A stretch of DNA of 64,000 nt from an uncultured archaeon (lineage in GTDB: Archaea; Aenigmatarchaeota; Aenigmatarchaeia; CG10238-14): NCBI GenBank assembly GCA_964392445.1, contig CAYMPD010000004.1, positions 3,728-67,727 of the forward strand, given 5' to 3'. The position numbers and the translations under genes were made by a program. The notes below the pieces were generated by a model, which saw only the letters and a list, made by a program, of their open reading frames with translations, made no database searches and had not been told where the DNA came from. This document shows positions 49,964-59,009 of this stretch, piece after piece. Numbering within the stretch: the first letter of the stretch is position 1; every line of letters starts with the position of its first letter.

Positions 49964-51304
49964 TTATAACAATATCCATGCATATAATACCCAAAGTATT
50001 ATCACAATGAAATTCAACCATACTCCATACGAGAACATTTTCTTAAAAGTCACATGTTTATTCTTAGAAATTATAGCATTAGGAGGAGTTGCAATTGGTA
50101 ACATAAAAGCCATATCACTACACACAGCAACTGTAAATATTCCTAACAAAGGACTAAAGCCCGCTGACTTGTAAAATTGTATTATTATAGGTATAAGAGT
50201 TGCTGATAAGGCCGTGTTTGAAATCAGTTCTGTGGAGAAATTGGCTATTATTGCCGTAATGAGAAGATATGAAATTTCATTTTTTGGAACAAAACTCATA
50301 AATTGGATGAAAAGGTCAGAGATCCCCACGCTTAAGAGGATATTGCCTAGGGCCAAAGCACCACCTAACATCAAAATAATATCCCAGGGGATTTTGACAT
50401 CTTTAATTTTTAAAATTGGTTCTTTCTTGGTTCTGATTAGAAATAGTAAGGATGCACCTAATAGACCGATAATAACATCACTAATTTCGATGGTAGATTT
50501 TTGAGATAAATATGGTCGAAGCAACCAGAACAAGACGGTTATTAAAAGGATTAAAATAGTCAATTTTGCATTGGTTTCAAGTCTGATTCTTTTTGTCTTT
50601 ACTCTGATTTTCTTGGTGTTGGGAGCTCTCCAACTCATGTATATCCACAGGATCAGTAAAAGAAGTGAAGTAAAAGGCATTAAAATTTTAGCCCATCCTA
50701 AAAACCCTATATTTACACCCTCTCTCATCATATATTCCGCTCCTATAAGGTTGGTGGTTGTACCTATCAAAATAGCTGTGCCGCCGATTGAGGCCGCATA
50801 AGCTATTGACAATAACAGAGAAACTCGATATTCTTCGTCTTCGTTCTTTATCGCTTCTAATATCCCTACACCAATGGGAAGCATGAGCATTGTCGCAGTT
50901 GTGTTCGCCATTAAAGTTGATAAAAGGGCAGTTGATAATATTGTTCCTAGAATAACAAGTCGTGAACTTTTTCCAGATAGTTTCATTAGAGAAAAAACTA
51001 TCTTTTCATCAATTTTCCATTTTGATACAGCTGAAGAAAAGATGAAACCAGAAATAAATAACAAAAGTATACTGGAATAATAATTAGATACTATTTCTCC
51101 AAATGATATCAAGTTTAGAAGAGGGCCAAAAATTAAAGGTATAAGCCCAGTTACCCCGATTGGTATTAATTTAGTTGTCCACAATATTGTACATGTAAAT
51201 AATATCAGAAGTGATGCTCTGATACTTTTCTGTAAAGGTAGAAGATAGATCAATAACCAAGTTAGTAGAATTAGCAGTAACCAAAAAAGTTTTTTCGTTT
51301 TCAT
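49964..51304 (-). CDS. SLC13/DASS family anion transporter
   Basis: LMANTATT, IGTTTN, SNTA, LPIATPPNAI. Confidence 0.9.
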   Translation of the reverse strand: MKTKKLFWLLLILLTWLLIYLLPLQKSIRASLLILFTCTILWTTKLIPIGVTGLIPLIFGPLLNLISFGEIVSNYYSSILLLFISGFIFSSAVSKWKIDEKIVFSLMKLSGKSSRLVILGTILSTALLSTLMANTTATMLMLPIGVGILEAIKNEDEEYRVSLLLSIAYAASIGGTAILIGTTTNLIGAEYMMREGVNIGFLGWAKILMPFTSLLLLILWIYMSWRAPNTKKIRVKTKRIRLETNAKLTILILLITVLFWLLRPYLSQKSTIEISDVIIGLLGASLLFLIRTKKEPILKIKDVKIPWDIILMLGGALALGNILLSVGISDLFIQFMSFVPKNEISYLLITAIIANFSTELISNTALSATLIPIIIQFYKSAGFSPLLGIFTVAVCSDMAFMLPIATPPNAIISKNKHVTFKKMFSYGVWLNFIVIILWVLYAWILL

Positions 51305-51359
51305 CGAAGATAATTAGATTTCGAGTTTAATAAAACCTGTATTATTTCAAATATTTTTG

Positions 51360-51402
51360 GTTGATGGTGATAGATATATTTCTGATAGTCATGAATTTTA
51401 GT
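51360..51402 (+). repeat. Direct repeat B (vestigial SDR 3' end, reads VDGDRYISDSHEF*)
   Basis: Direct comparison with 48553-48595. Confidence 0.75.
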
Positions 51403-51463
51403 CTGATAATTTACTAATTAATATCCTTTAAAGAACAATTACTTATGTAAAAACTAGGAAGAG

Positions 51464-52027
51464 TTGAGAATAATGACAAATTTTAACATTAAAATCGAAA
51501 ATATCGTTGCTACGGCCCCTTTAGGTGTAAGAATATCCCTTGAATCGTTAGTTGAATATTTAGAGGGAAGTGAATACGAGCCTGAACAGTTTCCCGGCTT
51601 AGTCTATAGGGTAAAAGACCCCAAATCTGCAACACTAATCTTCTCAACCGGTAAAATTGTGTGTACTGGCGCAAGAAATATTGAAGATGTTACCACTGTT
51701 ATTAAAAAAGTTGTTAAAGTGTTGAAAGAAAGTGGAATTGCAGATCCTAAAGGTTACAAGATTGAGGTTCAGAACATCGTCGCTTCAGCAAGGCTACCAG
51801 CAAGGTTGGACCTGGATAAAATTGTATTTGAGGTAGAAAATTCTGAGTACGAACCAAACCAATTTCCCGGCTTAGTCTATAGGGTAAAAGACCCAAAGAC
51901 CACATTGTTATTGTTTGGTTCAGGTAAAATCATCTGTACTGGTGCAAGAAAGATAAAAGAAGTGGAATACGCTATAGAAATCATGTTTAAGAAATTGAAG
52001 AGTATAGGCGCACTTAGAAAGGATTGA
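51464..52027 (+). CDS. tbp: TATA-box binding protein
   Basis: Two repeats NIVA...YEPxQFPGLVYR...GKIxCTGAR. Confidence 0.97.
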   Translation: MRIMTNFNIKIENIVATAPLGVRISLESLVEYLEGSEYEPEQFPGLVYRVKDPKSATLIFSTGKIVCTGARNIEDVTTVIKKVVKVLKESGIADPKGYKIEVQNIVASARLPARLDLDKIVFEVENSEYEPNQFPGLVYRVKDPKTTLLLFGSGKIICTGARKIKEVEYAIEIMFKKLKSIGALRKD

Positions 52028-52030
52028 TGA

Positions 52031-52105
52031 TGGACCCGATGGGATTTGAACCCATGATCTCCTCGTCCGAAGCGAGGCGCATTATCCAAACTCTGCTACA
52101 GGTCC
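52031..52105 (-). tRNA. tRNA-Arg(TCG), no intron
   Basis: GGACCTG/CGGGTCC acceptor, CCTCG-CTTCGGA-CGAGG anticodon arm, ATGGG-TTCAAAT-CCCAT T arm. Confidence 0.95.
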
Positions 52106-52262
52106 TCTAACACTAATAATAACTGGAATTTATAAAACTTAATCTTTAACTGCTACTAGTAAGACAAAGTAAGATATATTAGTTTACATTTTTAATTAAT
52201 ATTATAGGTACCAATTTTACAATCTTTTTTTCTGGGTAGCGCAAGACTTAGAGGTTGGTCGG

Positions 52263-52436
52263 ATGAAATATTGTGAGAACTGCAAAGAATTCTTCCCTGA
52301 GAAAGACAATTACTGTCCCTTGTGCGGGAGAAAGCTAACTGAAACCAAGGGCGGGACAAAAAAAGAATCTAAAACCAACAAATCCGATGTTTTATTGGAA
52401 GATTACAACTATGAGGACACTTTTAGGGACTGGTGA
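52263..52436 (+). CDS. Zinc-ribbon microprotein (57 aa)
   Basis: Manual translation MKYCENCK...NYCPLCGRKL...; not in the ORF track. Confidence 0.7.
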   Translation: MKYCENCKEFFPEKDNYCPLCGRKLTETKGGTKKESKTNKSDVLLEDYNYEDTFRDW

Positions 52437-52491
52437 TCTTTGACTGGATTTACGCCCATTTTCTTAGATGATTCTACTTCTTGTGGATGGG

Positions 52492-52941
52492 TTAATTGTT
52501 CCATTCCAATTTATCTCCTACTTGAATGTTGTTCTCCTTTGAAAAATTCGCATTTACCTCTAGAACATATTTAGTGGGTTCGTTTGAGGGATAGCTTTCA
52601 CAAGGATCTGATTCACATGGCTGAATGTTTTGCTTTATTTCTGTTATTGTACCATTTTCCGCGATAAATATCATGTCCAGAGGTATTAGTGTATTTTTCA
52701 TCCAGAATGAAACGTTTCGTTCGTTTTCGAAAATGAATAACATACCGGAATTTTGTGGTAAACTTTTTCGGTACATCAAACCTTTACTTCTTTCTTTGGG
52801 ATCATCGGCTATTTCTATATCAATCTCAACTTTCCCACCCTCACTGATTATGGAAAATGGTATAACTTTTTTTGTTATACATCCACAGAGAACTACCAAT
52901 AAGGCGATTATAATCAACTGAGAGAGTTTTTTCAGTTTCAC
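52492..52941 (-). CDS. DUF192 family lipoprotein
   Basis: GLMYR, GMLFIF, FWMKNTLIPLDMIF, YVLEVN. Confidence 0.9.
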   Translation of the reverse strand: MKLKKLSQLIIIALLVVLCGCITKKVIPFSIISEGGKVEIDIEIADDPKERSKGLMYRKSLPQNSGMLFIFENERNVSFWMKNTLIPLDMIFIAENGTITEIKQNIQPCESDPCESYPSNEPTKYVLEVNANFSKENNIQVGDKLEWNN

Positions 52942-53093
52942 TTAATTTCCCTTACTATATTATCTGTTTTATCGGATTTAATTGTGAAATATTTTCCACA
53001 GTAAACACATTTTTTGGATTTTTTGTAAGGTGATCCTTTACTTTGGTACTTTTGTTTGTGGTGACATTTGTCGCAGATAACCCAGAATTTCAT
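52938..53093 (-). CDS. Zinc-ribbon microprotein (51 aa)
   Basis: Manual translation MKFWVICDKCHH...KKCVYCGKYF...; GTGA overlap with the DUF192 gene. Confidence 0.7.
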   Translation of the reverse strand: MKFWVICDKCHHKQKYQSKGSPYKKSKKCVYCGKYFTIKSDKTDNIVREIK

Positions 53094-53143
53094 AGAATTA
53101 TATTGGGATTTGAGGGTTTAAAGGATTTTGATAGTAAAATTCA

Positions 53144-53234
53144 CGCCCCGAGCAGGACTCGAACCTGCGGCCTTCTGGTTAACAGCTTCAGCCCTGAATT
53201 CAGGTCAACTGCTCTACCACTGAGCTACCGGGGC
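53144..53234 (-). tRNA. tRNA-Asn(GTT) copy 1 with a 19-nt intron at 30/31 (53187-53205)
   Basis: GCCCCGG/TCGGGGC acceptor, G73, CTGTTAA loop; BHB helix CAGT/GCTG. Confidence 0.9.
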
Positions 53235-53235
53235 A

Positions 53236-54540
53236 TCAAGGTCTCATTCTACCCATGGTTCTTGGAAATGGAACTGTTTCACGAATATTTTCAATTCCAC
53301 AAATCCACATAACAACTCTTTCCAATCCCATACCAAATCCTGAGTGAGGAACCGAACCATACTTCCTTAAATCCATATACCATTGGTAATCCTTTTTCTT
53401 CAAGCCAAATTCTTTAATTCTCTTTTTCAGTGCTTTTGGATTATCTATTCTTTGACTTCCACCTATTATCTCACCATAACCTTCGGGGGCAATAATGTCG
53501 TTTGAAAGAGTTAATTTTGGATTTTCAGGATCAGGTTCCATGTAAAAAGCCTTAATTTTTGTTGGAAATCTGTGGATAATTATCGGTTTTTCAAACTGCT
53601 TGGAGATAAATCTTTCTTGAGGAGCACCAAAATCGTCCAGATATTCAATATCAAAATCGTTCTTTTGTAACAACTCTATGGTCTCATCATAACTTATCCT
53701 TGGGAATGGTGGTTCTATTTTTTCGAGTTTTTCGATATCTCTTCCTAGTTCTTTTAATTGTCTTTTATTCTTCTTTAACACTCCTTTAACTATCGCTGTA
53801 ATCAATCCTTCTTGAAGTTTAATATTATCTTCAAAGTCATAGAAAGCCATCTCAGGCTCAAGCATCCAGAATTCGGCCAAATGCTTTGGTGTATGAGACT
53901 TTTCCGCGCGGAAAGTAGGACCAAAGCAATAAACCTTTCCTAATGATGGAACAACAGCCTCACTGTATAACTGACCACTTTGGGCAAGATAAACCTTACC
54001 ACCAGGGTATTTTGTTTCAAATAATGTAGTACTTTCCTCACAACAGGTTGGAGTCAATATAGGAGTGTCTACTCGATAAAAACCTTGAGAATCCAAGAAA
54101 TCAATCGCACTTTTAATAACGGTTGATCTTATCCTAAGAATAGGTCTTTGACTTGGGCTTCTTAACCACAAGTGACGGTTACTTAGGAGAAAATCGATTC
54201 CATGGTCTTTTTTACCTAGAGGGTAATCGTCTGCTACCTGGAGAACCTTAATATCATTAATCTCTATCTCATACCCATCTGGAGCTCTTTCATCTTCTTT
54301 TACTTTACCTTCGATTATAACCGAGGATTCTTGTGTTAATTTCTCAGCATCTTCAAACGTTTTTTTGTCAACATTATCTTTATGGATTGTTGCCTGAATG
54401 GTCCCAGACCCGTCTCGGATGATGAAGAATTGAACACCACCACTTGACCTCAGATTCTCTACCCATCCACCTAGTTTGACTTTGCCTTTGGTTTTATCAT
54501 CGAGTATATTTTCTATTTTGTTCAGTTTCATGATTATCAA
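53236..54540 (-). CDS. asnS: Asparaginyl-tRNA synthetase
   Basis: OB fold, NRHLWLR, QSGQLY, FRAEKS, APEGYGEIIGGSQR, YGSVPHSGFGMGLER. Confidence 0.93.
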   Translation of the reverse strand: MIIMKLNKIENILDDKTKGKVKLGGWVENLRSSGGVQFFIIRDGSGTIQATIHKDNVDKKTFEDAEKLTQESSVIIEGKVKEDERAPDGYEIEINDIKVLQVADDYPLGKKDHGIDFLLSNRHLWLRSPSQRPILRIRSTVIKSAIDFLDSQGFYRVDTPILTPTCCEESTTLFETKYPGGKVYLAQSGQLYSEAVVPSLGKVYCFGPTFRAEKSHTPKHLAEFWMLEPEMAFYDFEDNIKLQEGLITAIVKGVLKKNKRQLKELGRDIEKLEKIEPPFPRISYDETIELLQKNDFDIEYLDDFGAPQERFISKQFEKPIIIHRFPTKIKAFYMEPDPENPKLTLSNDIIAPEGYGEIIGGSQRIDNPKALKKRIKEFGLKKKDYQWYMDLRKYGSVPHSGFGMGLERVVMWICGIENIRETVPFPRTMGRMRP

Positions 54541-54613
54541 TTAGAATTTGTTAAGATAAGTTTAATAAATTTTGGACTAAGATTATTAATAACTGAAAGA
54601 GAATAACTTTTTT

Positions 54614-54934
54614 ATGTCAACGAACGGGCTACCTTATGATATTATGAATGCATCAACACGTGTTAGAACTCATCCAATGATTTATATGATTGAGGAAAAA
54701 GAAGATAGAGGTTTAACATATATTGAAGTAATTGTCCCTGGGGGAAGTTATTGTGGTACTGCAGCAAAATCTAGATTAGCAAAAGGGGACCTTTCTCCAG
54801 AAACTAGTAGTCTAGATAGATTAGGAACTAGTGTTTTTCGATATTATCCTAAGACAGCCCAAGTTCAGAATTTAAGTAATAGGATAACTAGAGTAATGCA
54901 AGAAGCAGGATTTTTACTAATCTCTCGGAGTTAA
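54614..54934 (+). CDS. Hypothetical protein
   Basis: ORF only. Confidence 0.55.
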   Translation: MSTNGLPYDIMNASTRVRTHPMIYMIEEKEDRGLTYIEVIVPGGSYCGTAAKSRLAKGDLSPETSSLDRLGTSVFRYYPKTAQVQNLSNRITRVMQEAGFLLISRS

Positions 54935-55002
54935 ATATATGAGACATTTGTATCATTTTTACTTGAATACATATTAAAACTCGTCCACCAATTTCAATTA
55001 AT

Positions 55003-55485
55003 ATGATTGGAAGGACTAGAAATGGATATGGAGGAACTTTAGGGCCGAGAGAAAGTACAGAGAAATTTTCATTAGCATGGAGTTTATCTGCTCCTATTTC
55101 AAGAGACCAAGATTTTGCGATCTATGAAGTTCCTATGGGGAAAAGTGATGGTTATAGTTCACTCGTTAGACAAATGTTTGAAAGAGCAATGGAAGGTGCT
55201 CATGTAACAGAACCTTGTAAAGAATTCTTAAGATCTATGTTCTATGTTTCTCTTAGGCAGGGAGTACCTCCAGTTAGGTGGATACCAGTAGAAAAATTTG
55301 GAATAGACCTTTCAAAAGAAAGATATGGGATATTTGGACCCGAAGAGAATTTAGGAGAGATTGAAGGAGAGCTAATAAGATTCCACGTTCATATTATAGA
55401 AGCTTATAGGATACCAGAATTAAGAGAAAGGGGGATGGAACTTAACAGAAGATGGAGAAGAGATTGGAATGAAAGATATGGTTGA
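55003..55485 (+). CDS. Hypothetical protein
   Basis: ORF only. Confidence 0.6.
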   Translation: MIGRTRNGYGGTLGPRESTEKFSLAWSLSAPISRDQDFAIYEVPMGKSDGYSSLVRQMFERAMEGAHVTEPCKEFLRSMFYVSLRQGVPPVRWIPVEKFGIDLSKERYGIFGPEENLGEIEGELIRFHVHIIEAYRIPELRERGMELNRRWRRDWNERYG

Positions 55486-55499
55486 AATTAAAAATAAAT

Positions 55500-55775
55500 T
55501 TAGTCAATTTCTTGTCTTTGCAGAAGTCTTTGATTGATATCAAAATAACCAACAGTTAAAACATATTTCCCATCTAATACCGTTCTGTAATCTTCTACAG
55601 TATAATTTCTTTCCTCTACCTCATCTAATAATAATCTTGAAACTTCACCTTCCTTATTTAAAAAATATGTAACATTCCAGGTATCTAACATTTGTCCTAT
55701 CCCAGTGTCAGAACAATCCAATACCCCTACTTTATCAAAATGAATTTTTATCATGCTGAAATCATTATTAAACAA
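55500..55775 (-). CDS. Hypothetical protein
   Basis: ORF only. Confidence 0.5.
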   Translation of the reverse strand: MFNNDFSMIKIHFDKVGVLDCSDTGIGQMLDTWNVTYFLNKEGEVSRLLLDEVEERNYTVEDYRTVLDGKYVLTVGYFDINQRLLQRQEID

Positions 55776-55819
55776 AACTTAAATTTCTTACTTTAGACTT
55801 AAAAAAGAAAAAAATTAAA

Positions 55820-55914
55820 CGCCTCGGGTCGGACTCGAACCGACGGCCTTCTGGTTAACAGCTTCAGCCCTGAAAAAGTCAGGTCAACTGCTCTACCTAC
55901 TGAGCTACCGAGGC
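55820..55914 (-). tRNA. tRNA-Asn(GTT) copy 2 with a 22-nt intron at 30/31 (55863-55884)
   Basis: GCCTCGG/CCGAGGC acceptor, G73, same anticodon arm and BHB as copy 1. Confidence 0.9.
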
Positions 55915-57309
55915 TTGAATAATTTCACGAATTTCTCTTGGGTTTCCCGCTGATTTTATTTCTTTTAAAACCTGTCCAACCAAAAAATCCAATGCTTTTT
56001 CTTCTCCAGATTTATAATCTTTCACTGCCTCTTTGTTTTTCTGTAGTATTTTATCAACTATTTTTTTAAGTTCTTGTTTACTCACCATTTTTAGACCTTT
56101 TTTACTTAAATATTCTTCGGGGTATTCACCAGTCATGGTTATTTCTTTAATCATTTCTTTTCCTAATCTTTTCGGGATTTCACCTTTATCCATCATTTCA
56201 AGGAATTTAGCAAAGTTTTCTACAGATATTTTGGAGTTTTTAATCCTGATCCCCTGATAATTCAAGCACTTCAGAAGATGAGTAATCATCCATTTAGCAA
56301 TCATCTGGGGATTTTCTAATAATTCACAGCATTCTTCGAAGAATCTAGAAAAATCCTTCCCTGTGTAAACTATCACTTTGGCTTGATAATCTGATAAATC
56401 ATACTTTTCCTGGTACCTTTCCACTAAATGATCAGGTAATTCGGGCAGAGTGGTCTTTATTCCTTGTTTCCATTCATTATTAATTTCGATTTTAGTCAGG
56501 TCTGGCTCAAAAATGTACCCATAATCCTCTTCCATCTCCTTTGTTCTCAGAGTTTTAGTTATTCCTTGAGATTCATCAAATCCTCTTGTTTCTCTTTCAA
56601 CCTTCCCTCCATTTCTAAGTACACTTTTTTGCCTAACAACCTCATAATTCAACGCTTTTTCAATCTTAGCAAAACCACTCATATTCTTGATTTCAACCCT
56701 TTTCCCGCCTTCTATTGATATGTTGACATCTACACGCATAGATCCTTCAAGTGAAGAGTCATAAACTCCAAGATATTCAAGCATAGTCGAAAGTTTAGTC
56801 AAGAATTCCCTTACCTCTTTCGGGTCTCTAAAATCGGGTTCGGTTACTATCTCACATAAGGGGGTCCCAGAGCGGTTATAATCGATTAGAACATACTTGG
56901 ATGTAGTTATGTCTCCACCTACATGAACAAGTTTAGCAGGGTCTTCCTCCAAGTGAATCCTAGTAATGTTAATTTTTTTCTCCTCTCCGTTTGAGTTAAT
57001 TTTTAAGTAACCTTTTCTTGCGAGGGGAATTTCAAATTGAGTTATCTGGAAGTTCTTTGCCATATCGGGATAAAGATAGGATTTTCTAGAGAAGAACATT
57101 TTTGTTAATATTTCACAATTTAACGCATGAGCAATTGATATACCATAATCCAACGCTTTCTTGTTGACTTTTGGTTTTGATCCTGGGAAACCAAGACATA
57201 TAGGACAGGTAGTAGAGTTAGGTTTAGAGTCTCTATAATCCGTGGAACAGGAGCAAAATAACTTTGATTTTGTGTTTAACTGTACATGAATTTCTAATCC
57301 TATTTTCAT
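55897..57309 (-). CDS. gatB: Asp/Glu-tRNA amidotransferase subunit B
   Basis: IGLEIHVQL, YPDMAKNFQITQ, HLEED, DYNRSGTPLCEIVT, MRVDVNIS, VEIKN. Confidence 0.96.
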   Translation of the reverse strand: MKIGLEIHVQLNTKSKLFCSCSTDYRDSKPNSTTCPICLGFPGSKPKVNKKALDYGISIAHALNCEILTKMFFSRKSYLYPDMAKNFQITQFEIPLARKGYLKINSNGEEKKINITRIHLEEDPAKLVHVGGDITTSKYVLIDYNRSGTPLCEIVTEPDFRDPKEVREFLTKLSTMLEYLGVYDSSLEGSMRVDVNISIEGGKRVEIKNMSGFAKIEKALNYEVVRQKSVLRNGGKVERETRGFDESQGITKTLRTKEMEEDYGYIFEPDLTKIEINNEWKQGIKTTLPELPDHLVERYQEKYDLSDYQAKVIVYTGKDFSRFFEECCELLENPQMIAKWMITHLLKCLNYQGIRIKNSKISVENFAKFLEMMDKGEIPKRLGKEMIKEITMTGEYPEEYLSKKGLKMVSKQELKKIVDKILQKNKEAVKDYKSGEEKALDFLVGQVLKEIKSAGNPREIREIIQASVAQ

Positions 57310-58730
57310 TTCATCACAGGTTGGTTTTTGTGGTAATCAGTATTTTGTTCAAATGTGTGAGCGACCTGAATCATCTTTTTCTCTTGTAAATGATCAGCAA
57401 TTATATGCATCCCAACTGGTAAACCCTCTGAGAAACCTCCTGGAACAGATATCATCGGAACACCTGCTAAGTTTGGGGGGACTGTTAGAATGTCGAGCAT
57501 ATAGGTCTGAAGTGGGGTCAAATCCTCAATTTCCGAGAATTTTGGTGGTAGAATTGGCATGGTCGGAGAAACAAGCACATCATACTTTTTGAAAGCTTTC
57601 TTGAAGTCTTGAATCACTAGTGTCCTTAATTTCATCGCTTTTAGGTAGAATTGATCCCTATATCCAGCCATTCTAGCATAAGTTCCCATGATTATCCGTC
57701 TTTTAGCTTCTTGTCCAAAACCTTCTTTTCTTACCCTTGAGAAATAATCGTTGAAACTCTCTCCTGTTTTAATTTCATTTTCCAAACCATACCTTAATCC
57801 ACACAGTTTCGCAAGGTTGGTAGAAGTTTCAGACATAGCAATTATGTAATAACTAGGTAAAGCAACATCTGTGTGTGGGAGAGAGCATTCTTCGTATTTA
57901 GCACCTAAATCTTCTAGAAGTTTAATGTTTTTCCAAATTTTGTTCTTGATTTTTTCGTTTACTCCACCGCTGAAATATTCTTTCGGAACCCCAATCTTCA
58001 TACCTTTGACATCATTTTTCCAGTAATCAGTATAATCCTCTTTTTCAACATCAAGTGAAGTAGAATCAATGGAATCATGACCAGAAATTACCGAAAATAA
58101 CAGTGAAGAATCCTCAACTGTTTTACCAATTGTTCCAATCTTATCCAGACTATTAGCATAACTAATCAAACCCCATCTAGAAACCGTTCCATAAGTTGGT
58201 GTTATCCCCACGGTATTTGTAAAAGATGTAGGACAACTTATAGACCCACCAGTGCTCTCGGCAATAGCAATATGTGGAAAATCAGAAATACTTGTCAAGC
58301 AACCCGCTCCCCCTGAACTTCCTCCACACGTTCGTTCGATATCCCAAGGATTTTTAGGAAATCCAAACGGAGTGTTAATGTTAAAAACACCATGACCAAA
58401 TTGATCCATACTAGTTTTCCCAATTATTACTCCACCCTCTTCTTTAACTCTTCTGGTAACATAAGAATCAAACGGAGGAACATATTTATGAAGAATCCTT
58501 GAGCCTGCAGTAGTTTTAAGTCCTTTTGTGCATATATTGTCTTTAACTGAGATTGGAAGGCCGTAAAGCTTCCCTTTTTTAAGCGATTTTACGTCGATTT
58601 TTTCGTTTATTGTAACAAATGGTAAATATTTCTCTTGAATTTTTCGAGTTTTTTCCAGAGTTTTAGTTAAGAAATCCTCTAAATTTAATTCCCCATTCCT
58701 GACTTTTGTTAAATACTCTTTCAGTTCCAT
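57306..58730 (-). CDS. gatA: Asp/Glu-tRNA amidotransferase subunit A
   Basis: ISVKDN, GGSSGG, STGGS amidase signature. Confidence 0.95.
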   Translation of the reverse strand: MELKEYLTKVRNGELNLEDFLTKTLEKTRKIQEKYLPFVTINEKIDVKSLKKGKLYGLPISVKDNICTKGLKTTAGSRILHKYVPPFDSYVTRRVKEEGGVIIGKTSMDQFGHGVFNINTPFGFPKNPWDIERTCGGSSGGAGCLTSISDFPHIAIAESTGGSISCPTSFTNTVGITPTYGTVSRWGLISYANSLDKIGTIGKTVEDSSLLFSVISGHDSIDSTSLDVEKEDYTDYWKNDVKGMKIGVPKEYFSGGVNEKIKNKIWKNIKLLEDLGAKYEECSLPHTDVALPSYYIIAMSETSTNLAKLCGLRYGLENEIKTGESFNDYFSRVRKEGFGQEAKRRIIMGTYARMAGYRDQFYLKAMKLRTLVIQDFKKAFKKYDVLVSPTMPILPPKFSEIEDLTPLQTYMLDILTVPPNLAGVPMISVPGGFSEGLPVGMHIIADHLQEKKMIQVAHTFEQNTDYHKNQPVMK

Positions 58731-59009
58731 CTAAACAGCCCTTGGACCTTTAAAGTAGTCATCTTCTTTATTTTCAGCATTTCCTAACGGATCCCAATCC
58801 CATTCACAAGTTTCATCTTTCCTCCAAACATTCTTAATTTCCAGAGGCTGAAATGAAGTTTCAATCTCTTCCGTATCAACTTCTTCTATTTTTCTAAACG
58901 CTTCCAGAACATCATCTATCTGTTTTGTAAATTCCTTAACTTCTTCATCTGTCAAATCCAACCTAGCTATCTCAGCAACATGTCTAATTACGTCTTCTGA
59001 TACTACCAT
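58731..59009 (-). CDS. gatC: Asp/Glu-tRNA amidotransferase subunit C
   Basis: HVAEIARL, WRKD, YFKGP; precedes gatA. Confidence 0.92.
   Translation of the reverse strand: MVVSEDVIRHVAEIARLDLTDEEVKEFTKQIDDVLEAFRKIEEVDTEEIETSFQPLEIKNVWRKDETCEWDWDPLGNAENKEDDYFKGPRAV

Noticed and set aside
53144-55914. Provirus or integrative element bounded by tRNA-Asn attL/attR
   Set aside because: Both copies are full-length tRNAs with compensatory stem changes, the interval holds a housekeeping synthetase, and no integrase or viral gene is present.
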